From positions 1,455,500-1,519,499 of the forward strand of contig CBDFFW010000001.1 in NCBI GenBank assembly GCA_965246945.1: a stretch of 64,000 bases of DNA, written 5' to 3'. The position numbers were made by a program, and so were the translations under genes. Below, piece after piece: positions 29,405 through 39,349 of the stretch. Every line of letters starts with the position of its first letter. Within the stretch, counting starts at the first letter, position 1. Under the pieces are notes generated by a model. It had not been told where the DNA came from and ran no database searches. It was given only the letters and a program-made list of their open reading frames with translations. The stretch is from Alphaproteobacteria bacterium (GTDB taxonomy: Bacteria > Pseudomonadota > Alphaproteobacteria > UBA11073).

Positions 29405-30785
29405 TAGTTCACACACGCAAAAAAACGATTTATGGGGTGGCCGTTTCAGCGGTGGGATTGCGGCCGTGATGCAGGCCATTAATAACTCGCCAGCCTGGGT
29501 GCAATTGCGGCTTGCGCCTTATGATGTACAAGGGTCAATTGCGCATGCGAATATGCTGATTGAACAGCAAATCATTGATGATATCGATGGCTTGGCGATT
29601 TTACAGGGATTACAACAAATTGCTGGCGAGGTTTTAAACGGTACATTTCCATACCGCGCCGAATATGAGGACATTCATATGAATGTCGAAATGCGCCTGC
29701 GCGAAATTATTGGGGATGCTGCGGGCCGTCTGCATACTGCGCGTTCACGCAACGATCAGGTGATCACCAGTTTTAGACTTTGGCTACGAGCGGCTTGCAA
29801 TGATGTCGCCGAAAGCATTACCGAATTACAACAAACCCTGCGTTCGTTGGCGGCAGAACATGTGGAAACCATCATGCCTGGCTGCACGCATTTGCAACCC
29901 GCACAACCGGTAAGCTTCGCGCATCATTTGCTCGCCTATGTGGAAATGCTAACGCGTGATGCGAGCCGGATACAAGATTGCCAAATGCGTTTGAATGAAA
30001 GCCCGCTCGGTGCGGCCGCGCTTGCCGGTACGCCTTTTCCGATTGACCGCGAGCATACCGCCAAAGCTTTGCAATTTACCAAGCCGATGGCCAATAGCTT
30101 GGATGCCGTTGCCAGCCGCGATATGGTGATTGAATTTCTTAGCACACTCGCTATCTGCGGCACGCATCTTTCGCGCCTTGCTGAAGAACTGATTTTGTGG
30201 AGTACGCCAGCTTATGGCTTCATCTGCCTGTCGGACAGTTTTTCCACTGGCTCCTCCATTATGCCGCAAAAACGTAACCCAGATGCGGCGGAGCTGATCC
30301 GTGGTTATACCGGCCGTCTAAATGGGGCCCTGGTGAATATTTTGACCGTGATGAAAGCTTTGCCACTGGCTTATAACAAAGACCTGCAAGATGATAAGGA
30401 AATTACTTTCCAGGCTTTTGATGCCCTGCAAATCATGCTGGCCGCGATGACTGGCATGTTCAGCGATATCACGATTAACAAAACCGCCATGGCTGCCGCC
30501 TGCGATAAAGGTTATTTAACAGCGACTGATCTGGCCGACTGGCTAGTCATGAAGCTCAATATGCCCTTCCGCGATGCCCACCATATCACCGGCCAAATCG
30601 TCGCGCTTGCTGAACAGCAAAATAAACAGCTGCATGAATTAACCCTTATGCAAATGCAAACTGTGCATACTGCCATTACCTTTGACATTTTCCGAGTGCT
30701 TAATCCCCTCGCTTCACTCAACAGCCGCACTTCATACGGCGGCACTGCACCAAGCCAGGTACAAACGCAGTTAAAAAATGTTTGA
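29391..30785 (+). CDS. argH: Argininosuccinate lyase
   Basis: LWGGRF, HTARSRNDQV, GSSIMPQKRNPD. Confidence 0.97.
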   Translation: MASSNSSHTQKNDLWGGRFSGGIAAVMQAINNSPAWVQLRLAPYDVQGSIAHANMLIEQQIIDDIDGLAILQGLQQIAGEVLNGTFPYRAEYEDIHMNVEMRLREIIGDAAGRLHTARSRNDQVITSFRLWLRAACNDVAESITELQQTLRSLAAEHVETIMPGCTHLQPAQPVSFAHHLLAYVEMLTRDASRIQDCQMRLNESPLGAAALAGTPFPIDREHTAKALQFTKPMANSLDAVASRDMVIEFLSTLAICGTHLSRLAEELILWSTPAYGFICLSDSFSTGSSIMPQKRNPDAAELIRGYTGRLNGALVNILTVMKALPLAYNKDLQDDKEITFQAFDALQIMLAAMTGMFSDITINKTAMAAACDKGYLTATDLADWLVMKLNMPFRDAHHITGQIVALAEQQNKQLHELTLMQMQTVHTAITFDIFRVLNPLASLNSRTSYGGTAPSQVQTQLKNV

Positions 30786-31965
30786 AGATATTTTAAAAAT
30801 TGATAATCCAAAGCTGCGGCAGTTTTCACAGCCGTTTGATTTTAACGACCAATCAGCATTTAAGCATGCTCTTCAAGCGCTAAAAAATGCGCTGCATAAA
30901 GTTAAACAAGATTACGATTTTCAAAATACGGCTGGTTTATCATTGGTGCAACTTGGCATTTTACAGCGTGGCTGCATTGTGCAATTTGCTAGTGAAACGC
31001 CAACCATTATGCTTAACCCACAAATCATTCAGCATTCACTTGCAATCGATTACAAATATGAAGGTTGCCTTTCGTTCTTTGATCAACGTGGTTTGGTGCC
31101 GCGTTATAGTGCCATCGAAGTGCAATATTATGATGAAGATTTACAATTGCATAAAAAAAGATTTGCGGGGTGGCCAGCCCGTTTAATTCAACACGAAATC
31201 GACCATATGGATGGCATTCTTTACATAGACCATATGGATAAAGCACATTCCTTGTTAGCTTTATCGGAATTCAAAAAAGTGAAACCATATTCACAAATAC
31301 AAAATTTAGCCAAAGATACTATTTTTGAATTGCTGGATTTCATTCGCCCAGGCGTCACCGAAAGCCAGATTGCCACTAAAGCCAAAAATATCTTAGAAAG
31401 CAAGGGTATCACAGAATTTTGGTATTATAATGTGGCTGCGCTGGTATTGGTGGGCAAGCGCAGCATCCTTTCGCTTTCCGGCCGTAATTACCAACCTACT
31501 GATAGCATTGTCCAAGCCAATGATTTGGTAACGGTTGATTTAAGCCCGTTGCAGAATGGCATTTGGGGCGATTATGCGCGCACGATTTATATGGAAGATG
31601 GCCACGCCAAACTTGAACCTACGCAACAACCAGAATTTAAAGCAGGTTATTATCTAACAAATAAACTTCATGCAGAATTATTGAAGATTGCCAGCCCTGA
31701 TTTAACTGCACATCAGCTGTGGCAAACCATGAATGCCATGATTGCTGATGCTGGTTTTATCAATTTGGATTTCAAAAATAATTTAGGCCATTCAATTGAA
31801 ACAAAAATTTCGGCACGCCGCTATATTGAAGAAGGTAATCACACACCGCTAAAGGATTTTGGCTTATTTACCTTTGAACCCCATATCAGTCGGCCAAATG
31901 ACAAATCTGGTTTTAAACATGAAAATATTTATTACTTTGCTGCAGAAAAATTGCAGCTACTTTAA
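30778..31965 (+). CDS. Peptide deformylase-M24 aminopeptidase fusion
   Basis: N-terminal half has GLSLVQLG, EGCLS and QHEIDHMDG. C-terminal half has TVDLSP, WGDYART, GHSI, TFEPH and KHEN. Confidence 0.85.
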   Translation: MFEDILKIDNPKLRQFSQPFDFNDQSAFKHALQALKNALHKVKQDYDFQNTAGLSLVQLGILQRGCIVQFASETPTIMLNPQIIQHSLAIDYKYEGCLSFFDQRGLVPRYSAIEVQYYDEDLQLHKKRFAGWPARLIQHEIDHMDGILYIDHMDKAHSLLALSEFKKVKPYSQIQNLAKDTIFELLDFIRPGVTESQIATKAKNILESKGITEFWYYNVAALVLVGKRSILSLSGRNYQPTDSIVQANDLVTVDLSPLQNGIWGDYARTIYMEDGHAKLEPTQQPEFKAGYYLTNKLHAELLKIASPDLTAHQLWQTMNAMIADAGFINLDFKNNLGHSIETKISARRYIEEGNHTPLKDFGLFTFEPHISRPNDKSGFKHENIYYFAAEKLQLL

Positions 31966-32030
31966 TACCTATGAATATTGTGAATTGCAAAATTTAATTA
32001 TGCATGGCATTCGTATTTTGGAGAAAATTA

Positions 32031-32519
32031 ATGCCATCATACATTTCCAAAATCATCGCCACTGCAACCAGTTTAGGTTTGGCCGCCATTTTATTAACCA
32101 GCTGCGCGCAGGGGCCGAGTCAGAATAATTATAACGCTGCGGAAGTTGGGCATGCTGCGCAAATTATTTTTGGTAAAGTTATTAGCATGCGCAATGTGAA
32201 TGTGACTGGCGAAAAATCTGGTGTTGGTACGGTTGGCGGCGGCGTTGGAGGCGCGGTACTAGGTTCAACCATCGGTCAAGGTAGTGGCTCAGTAGCTTCC
32301 GCCATTGTCGGCGGGTTAATTGGCGCAGTGGCGGGCAGTGCCGGCGAACAGGCTTTATCGGATACCACTGGCATTGAATATATCGTGGCCGAAGATAATG
32401 GGCCTACTATCACTGTGGTACAGAGTATTGCCAAGGACTACCAGCCGATTGTGCTGGGCCAGCACGTTATGGTGCAAACTTCAGGTAAATACCAGCGGCT
32501 CCTCCCCATACAAAATTAA
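32031..32519 (+). CDS. Outer-membrane lipoprotein, SlyB / glycine-zipper family
   Basis: Lipobox LTSC and glycine zipper [17 protein letters not shown]. Confidence 0.85.
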   Translation: MPSYISKIIATATSLGLAAILLTSCAQGPSQNNYNAAEVGHAAQIIFGKVISMRNVNVTGEKSGVGTVGGGVGGAVLGSTIGQGSGSVASAIVGGLIGAVAGSAGEQALSDTTGIEYIVAEDNGPTITVVQSIAKDYQPIVLGQHVMVQTSGKYQRLLPIQN

Positions 32520-33277
32520 TTTATTTGACGCACTGTAACATCATGTGCGGCAAGATATGCGCGTGCTTCAGCTAAGCGATACGTGCCGAAATGGAAGATT
32601 GAGGCGGCAAGCACAGCTTGGGCACCGCCTTGTTTAACTGCCGCAACCAAATGATCCAATGTGCCGGCACCACCGCTGGCAATCACTGGCACCGGCACTG
32701 TTGACGTAATCGACTGCAACAACTGAATATCATATCCGCTCTGCTGCCCGTCGCGATCGATGGAGGTGAGTAGAATTTCCCCTGCGCCGCGCGCCGCAAT
32801 TTCCTGTGCCCAAACTATTGCATCCATCTCAGTCGGTTGCCGCCCGCCATGGGTACAGACCCGCCATCTGCCATCCACTGCTTTAGCATCCACTGCGACC
32901 ACTAAAGCCTGTGCACCATAATACTTAGAAATTTGATCAATCAATTCTGGCGTTTTTACCGCAGCCGAGTTAATCGCTACTTTATCCGCTCCGGCACCAA
33001 GCAAGCGCGCCGCATCTTCCAAACTACGCACCCCACCGCCGACAGTGAGCGGCATGAAGATCCGGCTGGCGACTGCTTTAACAGTTTTCAAAAATGTGCC
33101 CCGCGCTTCGACCGTCGCGCTGATATCCAGCAAACACAACTCATCCGCATATTCGCTATCATAAAACGCGGCTTGGTCAGCGGGGTCACCAGCATCTCGC
33201 AAATCAACAAAGGAAACGCCTTTGACTACCCGCCCACTATGCACGTCTAAACATGGAATAATGCGAATGGCGGCCAT
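32516..33277 (-). CDS. hisF: Imidazole glycerol phosphate synthase cyclase subunit
   Basis: [35 protein letters not shown]. Confidence 0.97.
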   Translation of the reverse strand: MAAIRIIPCLDVHSGRVVKGVSFVDLRDAGDPADQAAFYDSEYADELCLLDISATVEARGTFLKTVKAVASRIFMPLTVGGGVRSLEDAARLLGAGADKVAINSAAVKTPELIDQISKYYGAQALVVAVDAKAVDGRWRVCTHGGRQPTEMDAIVWAQEIAARGAGEILLTSIDRDGQQSGYDIQLLQSITSTVPVPVIASGGAGTLDHLVAAVKQGGAQAVLAASIFHFGTYRLAEARAYLAAHDVTVRQIN

Positions 33278-33432
33278 CGCATAATCTTAAAGGGCTGCAA
33301 ACAATATAAACAACTGCAATTTTGTTTTAACGTGCTAGCACGTTAAACATTGTTTATCTAATCTGCTAGTTAGCGCTGACCCTTGGAAATTTCTGGCATC
33401 TGGCAATTTAATTCTGTTATGGTGCCCCTGCT

Positions 33433-33516
33433 GCGGCTGTGGCGAAATGGTAGACGCACTGGTTTTAGGTACCAGCGGGGTAACCCATGGAAGTTCAAGT
33501 CTTCTCAGCCGCACCA
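33433..33516 (+). tRNA. tRNA-Leu, anticodon TAG
   Basis: Acceptor stem GCGGCTG/CAGCCGC, D-loop TGGTAGAC, anticodon arm CTGGT-tttaggt-ACCAG, long variable arm, GTTCAAGT, encoded CCA. Confidence 0.97.
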
Positions 33517-33517
33517 C

Positions 33518-34423
33518 TCAATTCAGGTGAATCAATTTTGCCGTTCGTACACTTCTAGGTACTGATGGTTGTAAACTTCCTCTACGAACAGACTCACTCC
33601 AATTTTGGTATCTACGCTTTTTTGGAATAACTGGCAGTAATTCATAAGGATTAAGCTTTTTATAAACTTTTAGCTTTTCAAGCATTGCAGGATTTATATG
33701 TGAAATAATTTGGCAAAGCGTTTTAAAACGAATAGGTAATTCTTCGCCTTTTATTTGGGTAATCGACCGATTATGTCCATTGGTTGGCGCAAACCCGCAT
33801 TCAGCAATCTTATCATAATATGCGGATTTAGTTTGTGTTTCAGAAATCATCAGAACTTTTGGCCGCAGAAAGCCCGTTGAAAATTTTGCATAAACCAATA
33901 AAGGAATATACGATATTTCTTCAAGTGGCTTACCCAATCTTTCTTCTATCGCCATATTTTCTACTGCTTTATCGGGCGGTGTTAATAAACCACTAAAATA
34001 ATTAACCCAAGCAGAATTGATATACTCAATCAGTTTTTCGTTTGCCCCGACATCAGACAAATGCTCAAATACACTTGGCTGTGCGGCCGTGCATTTCTTC
34101 ATGGCTTTATATATGCAGCTAAGTGCTGTTTTAGATAAATTTACATCTTGAAATATTTTTGTTAAATCCACACTGCCCAAAGACTCTGTTTTTTGAATAT
34201 ATTGATTTCCTTGTAAATTATAACTGGTAACAAGCACATCTGCGATATTTTGATCTGCTTTTTCTTGTTTAACGGATTTACGATGCGATAACTTATTATG
34301 ATACTGAATTACGATTAACAAAATAAATGCTTGTAAAGGTGCTGCCACCAAATTGCTTAAGATACTAGTTAGGAAAGGAATTGAAAAAACTTCCCTTTGA
34401 ATTTCATTAAGTGGATTACTCAT
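33518..34423 (-). CDS. AT-rich hypothetical protein with N-terminal TM segment
   Basis: 301 aa ORF whose stop lies right at the tRNA 3' end. Confidence 0.6.
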   Translation of the reverse strand: MSNPLNEIQREVFSIPFLTSILSNLVAAPLQAFILLIVIQYHNKLSHRKSVKQEKADQNIADVLVTSYNLQGNQYIQKTESLGSVDLTKIFQDVNLSKTALSCIYKAMKKCTAAQPSVFEHLSDVGANEKLIEYINSAWVNYFSGLLTPPDKAVENMAIEERLGKPLEEISYIPLLVYAKFSTGFLRPKVLMISETQTKSAYYDKIAECGFAPTNGHNRSITQIKGEELPIRFKTLCQIISHINPAMLEKLKVYKKLNPYELLPVIPKKRRYQNWSESVRRGSLQPSVPRSVRTAKLIHLN

Positions 34424-34563
34424 TTTTCTCTCTACTTGGTTTAAACTATATTATTTATAATAATTTATAATACATAGCATACAAATATAAACAGCTCAAC
34501 ATCAGCTTGTCTATATCTACAAAATCCTAGACATTTGCCACTAATTTAGCCTGATTAGTGTTA

Positions 34564-35247
34564 ATGCCCCACGCTGCCGTCATCGTTTTCCCTGGCACCA
34601 ATCGTGAACACGATATGGCAGTCGCCTTGCAGCAAGCGGGGTTTACAACCGAGCTGGTTTGGCACCGAGCTGGTACGTTGCCAAAATGCGATTTGGTGGG
34701 CCTGCCAGGCGGATTTTCGTATGGCGATTATTTGCGCACGGGCGCAATGGCCGCGCATTCGCCGATTATGCAGGAAATCAAAGCCCATGCGAGGCAAGGC
34801 CGGTTGGTGCTTGGTATCTGCAATGGCTTTCAAATTTTATGCGAAAGCGGTTTGCTGCCAGGCGTGTTGCTACGTAATAATCATTTGAAATTTACTTGCA
34901 AATGGATCCATGCGGAAATTGCCCGCACCGATACGGCGTTTACCAAAGCGTATCAAACCAAGCAGGTAATCCGCATCCCGATTGCACATGGTGATGGCAA
35001 CTACACGGCTGATGCTGAAACGATCAAAAAATTAGAAGCCGAAAATCGCATTGCCATGCGTTATGTGGCGGCCAATGACGAAGTCAATTTTAACCCTAAT
35101 GGTTCACAAGCGAACATTGTCGGCGTTTACAGCGAAAAATTGAATGTGCTGGGTATGATGCCACATCCGGAAGATGCCATTGCAGCGCTGCATAGCAGCA
35201 CCGATGGTGCGGGTTTGTTTCAAAGTTTATACCAAGCTGTTGCTTAA
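34564..35247 (+). CDS. purQ: Phosphoribosylformylglycinamidine synthase subunit
   Basis: FPGTN, PGGFSYGDYLR, GICNGFQ, GMMPHPE. Confidence 0.96.
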   Translation: MPHAAVIVFPGTNREHDMAVALQQAGFTTELVWHRAGTLPKCDLVGLPGGFSYGDYLRTGAMAAHSPIMQEIKAHARQGRLVLGICNGFQILCESGLLPGVLLRNNHLKFTCKWIHAEIARTDTAFTKAYQTKQVIRIPIAHGDGNYTADAETIKKLEAENRIAMRYVAANDEVNFNPNGSQANIVGVYSEKLNVLGMMPHPEDAIAALHSSTDGAGLFQSLYQAVA

Positions 35248-35292
35248 TTTTGCAGTTGCCGAGACGGCAACACCCGTTTCACAATCGAATCG

Positions 35293-35643
35293 GTGAATCC
35301 TCTTTTTACCCAACAAGGTTTTGTGCGCTGGCGGCGGTGGCGGCAGCTCGTGCTCGGACCATTGATTGGGACATTTTTGGTGAGTTATTTTGCGTTTTTT
35401 GCGCTGTTTGGTCAGCGCAGTGTAGGCCGGTTGATTAAAGTACAGCAGGAAATCGCCACCACCCAAAAAGATTTAGATAGCATTAAAGCCGAGCATAACG
35501 AGCTCAGCCAGCGCGTGGAACATTTGCGCCCGCAATCATTAGATTTGGATTTATTGGATGAACAAGCGCGCAAAGATTTGAATCTGGCACATGCAGATGA
35601 AGAAGTGGTATTGATCAAACCTACAGATGACGATAAGCGCTGA
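35293..35643 (+). CDS. ftsB: Septum formation initiator (FtsB/DivIC family)
   Basis: TM segment, coiled coil, LDLDLLDEQAR. Confidence 0.8.
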   Translation: MNPLFTQQGFVRWRRWRQLVLGPLIGTFLVSYFAFFALFGQRSVGRLIKVQQEIATTQKDLDSIKAEHNELSQRVEHLRPQSLDLDLLDEQARKDLNLAHADEEVVLIKPTDDDKR

Positions 35644-36316
35644 CGATTTGAATTACTGCCGCGAACTTGCCCAGCGCGAACAATATCCATTTTATTTAAT
35701 CAGCCTGTTTACACCGGAAGCGACGCGCCAGGCCTGGTGGGCACTGCTGACCTTGCAAGCCGAGCTGGCAAAAATCCGCAGCACGGTAACCAACCCGCTG
35801 GCTGGCCAAATTCGCCTGCAATGGTGGCGCGATACGCTGGTGCAATGTGCTGGCAATAACCCCCCGGCCCATCCCGTTGCGCGTGCGCTGAATGCTGTTA
35901 TTCAACAATTCAAATTGCCACTGGCACCATTTGAAATTTTAGTTGAGGCACGGGAAGATGATTTTGGCGCTGCACCGGCTGATGCGCATTGCTTTGCCAA
36001 TTACGGTCGCGCCACCACGGTGCCATTACTGCAATTATTATTGGCCTGTGAAGGCTGGGATGCGCCGACCCAAGGTAAGTGGTTTCCCTGGCTGGATGCG
36101 ATCGGTACCGAATGGGGGCAGTTACAGGCGCTGAAAATCTGGCCGCAGCTGGCAAGCAATGTAGGGATATCGACTCCAACTATGCCTGTGTTAAATAAAA
36201 AGCCTTATCTAACTTTGTTGAACATATTGTTGAAAGCACAGCCGCAAAACTACGGTATCGGCACCTTAATTAAATTGTGGTGGCAAGCTAGGCGCTGCGC
36301 AGCGCCGATAATATAG
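35627..36316 (+). CDS. Squalene/phytoene synthase-family protein
   Basis: ELAKI..GQIRLQWWRD, HPVARAL. Confidence 0.8.
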   Translation: MTISADDLNYCRELAQREQYPFYLISLFTPEATRQAWWALLTLQAELAKIRSTVTNPLAGQIRLQWWRDTLVQCAGNNPPAHPVARALNAVIQQFKLPLAPFEILVEAREDDFGAAPADAHCFANYGRATTVPLLQLLLACEGWDAPTQGKWFPWLDAIGTEWGQLQALKIWPQLASNVGISTPTMPVLNKKPYLTLLNILLKAQPQNYGIGTLIKLWWQARRCAAPII

Positions 36317-36929
36317 CCTTTAATTTAGTGCCATCTTTTTTACCTGGCGCACTTTCGACACCGCTGGCAATATCCAAAAAGTTAGCGCCAGTTTGCGCTG
36401 CATGGGTGGCATTTTCAGATTTAATACCACCGGCCAAAAACCATGGTTTATTAAAATTTTGGCCGTTTAAAAGCGACCAATCGAAAGCAATACCACTGCC
36501 GCCAGCCAGTGCATGAATGGCAGGCGGCATTTTGGTATCGAATAAATAGTAATCGACCAAGGAATTATATTGGCTGACGATTGCCAGATCTTCAGGCGCA
36601 GCGATTGGGAAAGCTTTAATAATTGGCATTTGCCAGCGTGCTTTTATTTCTGCCACCCGCGCCGGCGTTTCACTGCCATGCAATTGAATAATTTCGAGCG
36701 GCACATGGCTTAACACGTTTTCCAGAATTTCATCGCTCGGGTTCACAAACACGCCAACGACTTTAATACCGGTTGGTACCAGGCGCGTTAATTCGGCGGC
36801 AAGGGCCGGTTTTAAGGCCCGCGGTGAGGGCGGCGCAAAATTTAAGCCTAACCAGCGCACATTATTTTCCACGCAGAGCTGGATATCTTCCGGCCGCGTA
36901 ATGCCGCAAATTTTAAGGCCGATAGTCAC
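36288..36929 (-). CDS. trpF: Phosphoribosylanthranilate isomerase
   Basis: KICGIT, QLHGSE, LAGGI, SGVESAPGKKD. Confidence 0.95.
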   Translation of the reverse strand: MTIGLKICGITRPEDIQLCVENNVRWLGLNFAPPSPRALKPALAAELTRLVPTGIKVVGVFVNPSDEILENVLSHVPLEIIQLHGSETPARVAEIKARWQMPIIKAFPIAAPEDLAIVSQYNSLVDYYLFDTKMPPAIHALAGGSGIAFDWSLLNGQNFNKPWFLAGGIKSENATHAAQTGANFLDIASGVESAPGKKDGTKLKAILSALRSA

Positions 36930-36932
36930 CGA

Positions 36933-37328
36933 TTAATGGAAACGCGCTTTCAGATAAGGGCTATCCAATGAAAACGCAGGAATATCGACATTGAATAATT
37001 CGCCGTCTTTGTTTTCCATTTGATAGGTGCCCATCATCATCCCGCTGGGCGTGTGCAATGGCACACCGCTGACATATTCATGGCTTTTGCCTGGCTGAAT
37101 AACCGGCTGTTCGCCAACCACACCTGGACCGCTCACTTTTTCCTGATGGCCCAGACTATCAATAATTTGCCACTCGCGGCTGCGCAGCTGCACAGCCTCA
37201 GCGCCTTCATTTTCAATGCGGACATGGTAAGCCCACACATATTCGTGATTGCCTGGATCAGAATGATCGTCCAGAAACATCGGCTCGACCTTGACCACGA
37301 TGTCTTTGGTTTTGGCGTGATAATGCAT
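36933..37328 (-). CDS. apaG: ApaG protein
   Basis: WAYHVRIEN, QLRSREWQI, GVVGEQP, LHTPSG-x-M-x-G. Confidence 0.94.
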   Translation of the reverse strand: MHYHAKTKDIVVKVEPMFLDDHSDPGNHEYVWAYHVRIENEGAEAVQLRSREWQIIDSLGHQEKVSGPGVVGEQPVIQPGKSHEYVSGVPLHTPSGMMMGTYQMENKDGELFNVDIPAFSLDSPYLKARFH

Positions 37329-37420
37329 AACCCTAACATAGGGGCATTTGCCGATTCCCACAAGTTACAGTTTGGCGAAATAGTTGCCATTTAGGCGCAA
37401 ATTTAGGCAGATTGCTGATT

Positions 37421-38464
37421 ATGATGAATGCGGCCGCTGCCCAGCAATTACAGCAAGCACTTGCTGCTGCCCAAGATTTAATCGCTTTGGATGCTGTGCG
37501 CGTGCAAGGGCTGGGTAAAAATGGGGTGATTACGGCTGCCCTGAAAGCATTGGGCGGCATGGATGCCGACACCCGTAAAACCGCAGGTGCGGCTATTAAT
37601 GATTGGAAAAATGCTTTCCAAGCTGCGCTAACCACCAAGCAAACGGCGCTGCAAGCGGAAGCCATGCAAGCGCAATTGGCGCGGGAACAAATTGATATTA
37701 CGTTACCGCCCTATCCCGCTGTCACTGGTCAGCGCCACCCGATCACTCAAACGATTAATGACATTGTCGAAATCTTTGCCCAAATGGGTTTTGGCTTGCG
37801 CACTGGCCCCGATATCGAAGATGATTTTCATAATTTCGAGGCGCTTAATTTCCCGCCTGATCATCCAGCCCGCACGATGCATGATACATTTTACCTACCG
37901 AACAGTGATGATGGTAAAACTATGCTACTGCGCACGCATACCTCCACCGTGCAGGTGCGCACGATGCTGGCAGAAAAACCGCCGATTAAAATGATTTGCG
38001 TCGGCCGTACCTACCGCGCGGATTATGACCAAACCCACACGCCGATGTTCCACCAATGCGAAGGTTTGGTGATTGATGAAAAGACGCATATGGGCGATAT
38101 GAAGGGCGCATTGCAGGCATTTTTGCAGGCATTTTTCGGCGTAGCTGATTTAAAAATCCGTTTGCGCCCGTCTTATTTCCCATTTGTTGAACCTGGCGCT
38201 GAATTGGATATTGGCTGCGACCGTTCGGGCGGACAGCTGAAAATCGGTAGTGGTGATGATTGGTTGGAAGTATTGGGCTGCGGCATGGTGCATGAAAATG
38301 TGCTTACTGCCTGTGATCTCGACCCCGCGACATACCAAGGCTACGCCTTCGGTATGGGCATCGAACGCCTCGCAATGCTCAAATATGGCATCCCCGACCT
38401 GCGCACCTTCTTTGAAAGCGATATCCGCTGGCTACAACATTATGGGTTCAGCTGGATTCGGTGA
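37421..38464 (+). CDS. pheS: Phenylalanine-tRNA ligase alpha
   Basis: HPARTMHDTF, LRTHTS, THTPMFHQ, GYAFGMGIERL. Confidence 0.97.
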   Translation: MMNAAAAQQLQQALAAAQDLIALDAVRVQGLGKNGVITAALKALGGMDADTRKTAGAAINDWKNAFQAALTTKQTALQAEAMQAQLAREQIDITLPPYPAVTGQRHPITQTINDIVEIFAQMGFGLRTGPDIEDDFHNFEALNFPPDHPARTMHDTFYLPNSDDGKTMLLRTHTSTVQVRTMLAEKPPIKMICVGRTYRADYDQTHTPMFHQCEGLVIDEKTHMGDMKGALQAFLQAFFGVADLKIRLRPSYFPFVEPGAELDIGCDRSGGQLKIGSGDDWLEVLGCGMVHENVLTACDLDPATYQGYAFGMGIERLAMLKYGIPDLRTFFESDIRWLQHYGFSWIR

Positions 38465-38509
38465 TGCAACTATTTGACATAAACTACTAGTTCTCACCAT
38501 TAATATGAT

Positions 38510-39274
38510 ATGAGTTATCTTTATGGTCCGATTGTAAGAAAATATGTTTCACCAGATCCCAACAATCCTTTTGCCTCGGGTGGTGAAGTTGTATTGGCAA
38601 TTATCGCACCCGCCATTCCCTTTAGCCAATTGGACAATACTGGGAGTTTTGACGTTTATTCGTTAGGTGATTTGATGCGGGCTATTCAATGGATTGATAG
38701 CCTAAATGCAGAATCAAATCCAAATTTGACGTCTTCAGCTGATGGGCGCAATTCTTTGGACGAATTAAAAGATATTTTTAATATGGCAGACATTTATTTG
38801 TCTGATGTAGTTTTCGAATTTTTACAATTTAGAATTCGCTCTCAAGAAGAGTTCGCACCTTGTTCAATTATTGATGCTTATTTATTAAACCAGAATGGTC
38901 TATTTTCTGCAGCAGATCAAAATGCCGCAAACACTATTTACGGCAACGACTGGCGAATGCAGGCAAAAGCTGAAATCAACGACCGCCGTCCGTTGGTTGA
39001 GGCATCACAACAAAATAATAAAGCAATAGAAGCGGATTGGAATAAAATTTCAACTGGTGGCATGGAGGCAATACTTGACGTTTTTTTGAGCGGAATGGAG
39101 CCGTCACCCCTCAATGAGTTATTTTCGACTGGCAGTGATAGCGCAACAAAAGCGCTGCAAGCACGGGACGAGGCTTTGATAGCAAAAGGTTGGCATGTTA
39201 CGCCTTTTGCTATCAATGAAAGTTGGCCGGCGCAAAGCCGTGCATCTGCCGTTGCATTAAAACAAGATATTTAA
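38510..39274 (+). CDS. Hypothetical protein
   Basis: Clean 254 aa acidic ORF. No family recognised. Confidence 0.6.
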   Translation: MSYLYGPIVRKYVSPDPNNPFASGGEVVLAIIAPAIPFSQLDNTGSFDVYSLGDLMRAIQWIDSLNAESNPNLTSSADGRNSLDELKDIFNMADIYLSDVVFEFLQFRIRSQEEFAPCSIIDAYLLNQNGLFSAADQNAANTIYGNDWRMQAKAEINDRRPLVEASQQNNKAIEADWNKISTGGMEAILDVFLSGMEPSPLNELFSTGSDSATKALQARDEALIAKGWHVTPFAINESWPAQSRASAVALKQDI

Positions 39275-39349
39275 CGTTTTCACTTTATAATTATCTGTTA
39301 TGTTTCAATTGGACTTGGCGATTTTTTTTAATTGATTAAAATATTAAAT

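Noticed and set aside
33335-33565. Two 60 aa ORFs
   Set aside because: They are translations of the tRNA-Leu gene on either strand.
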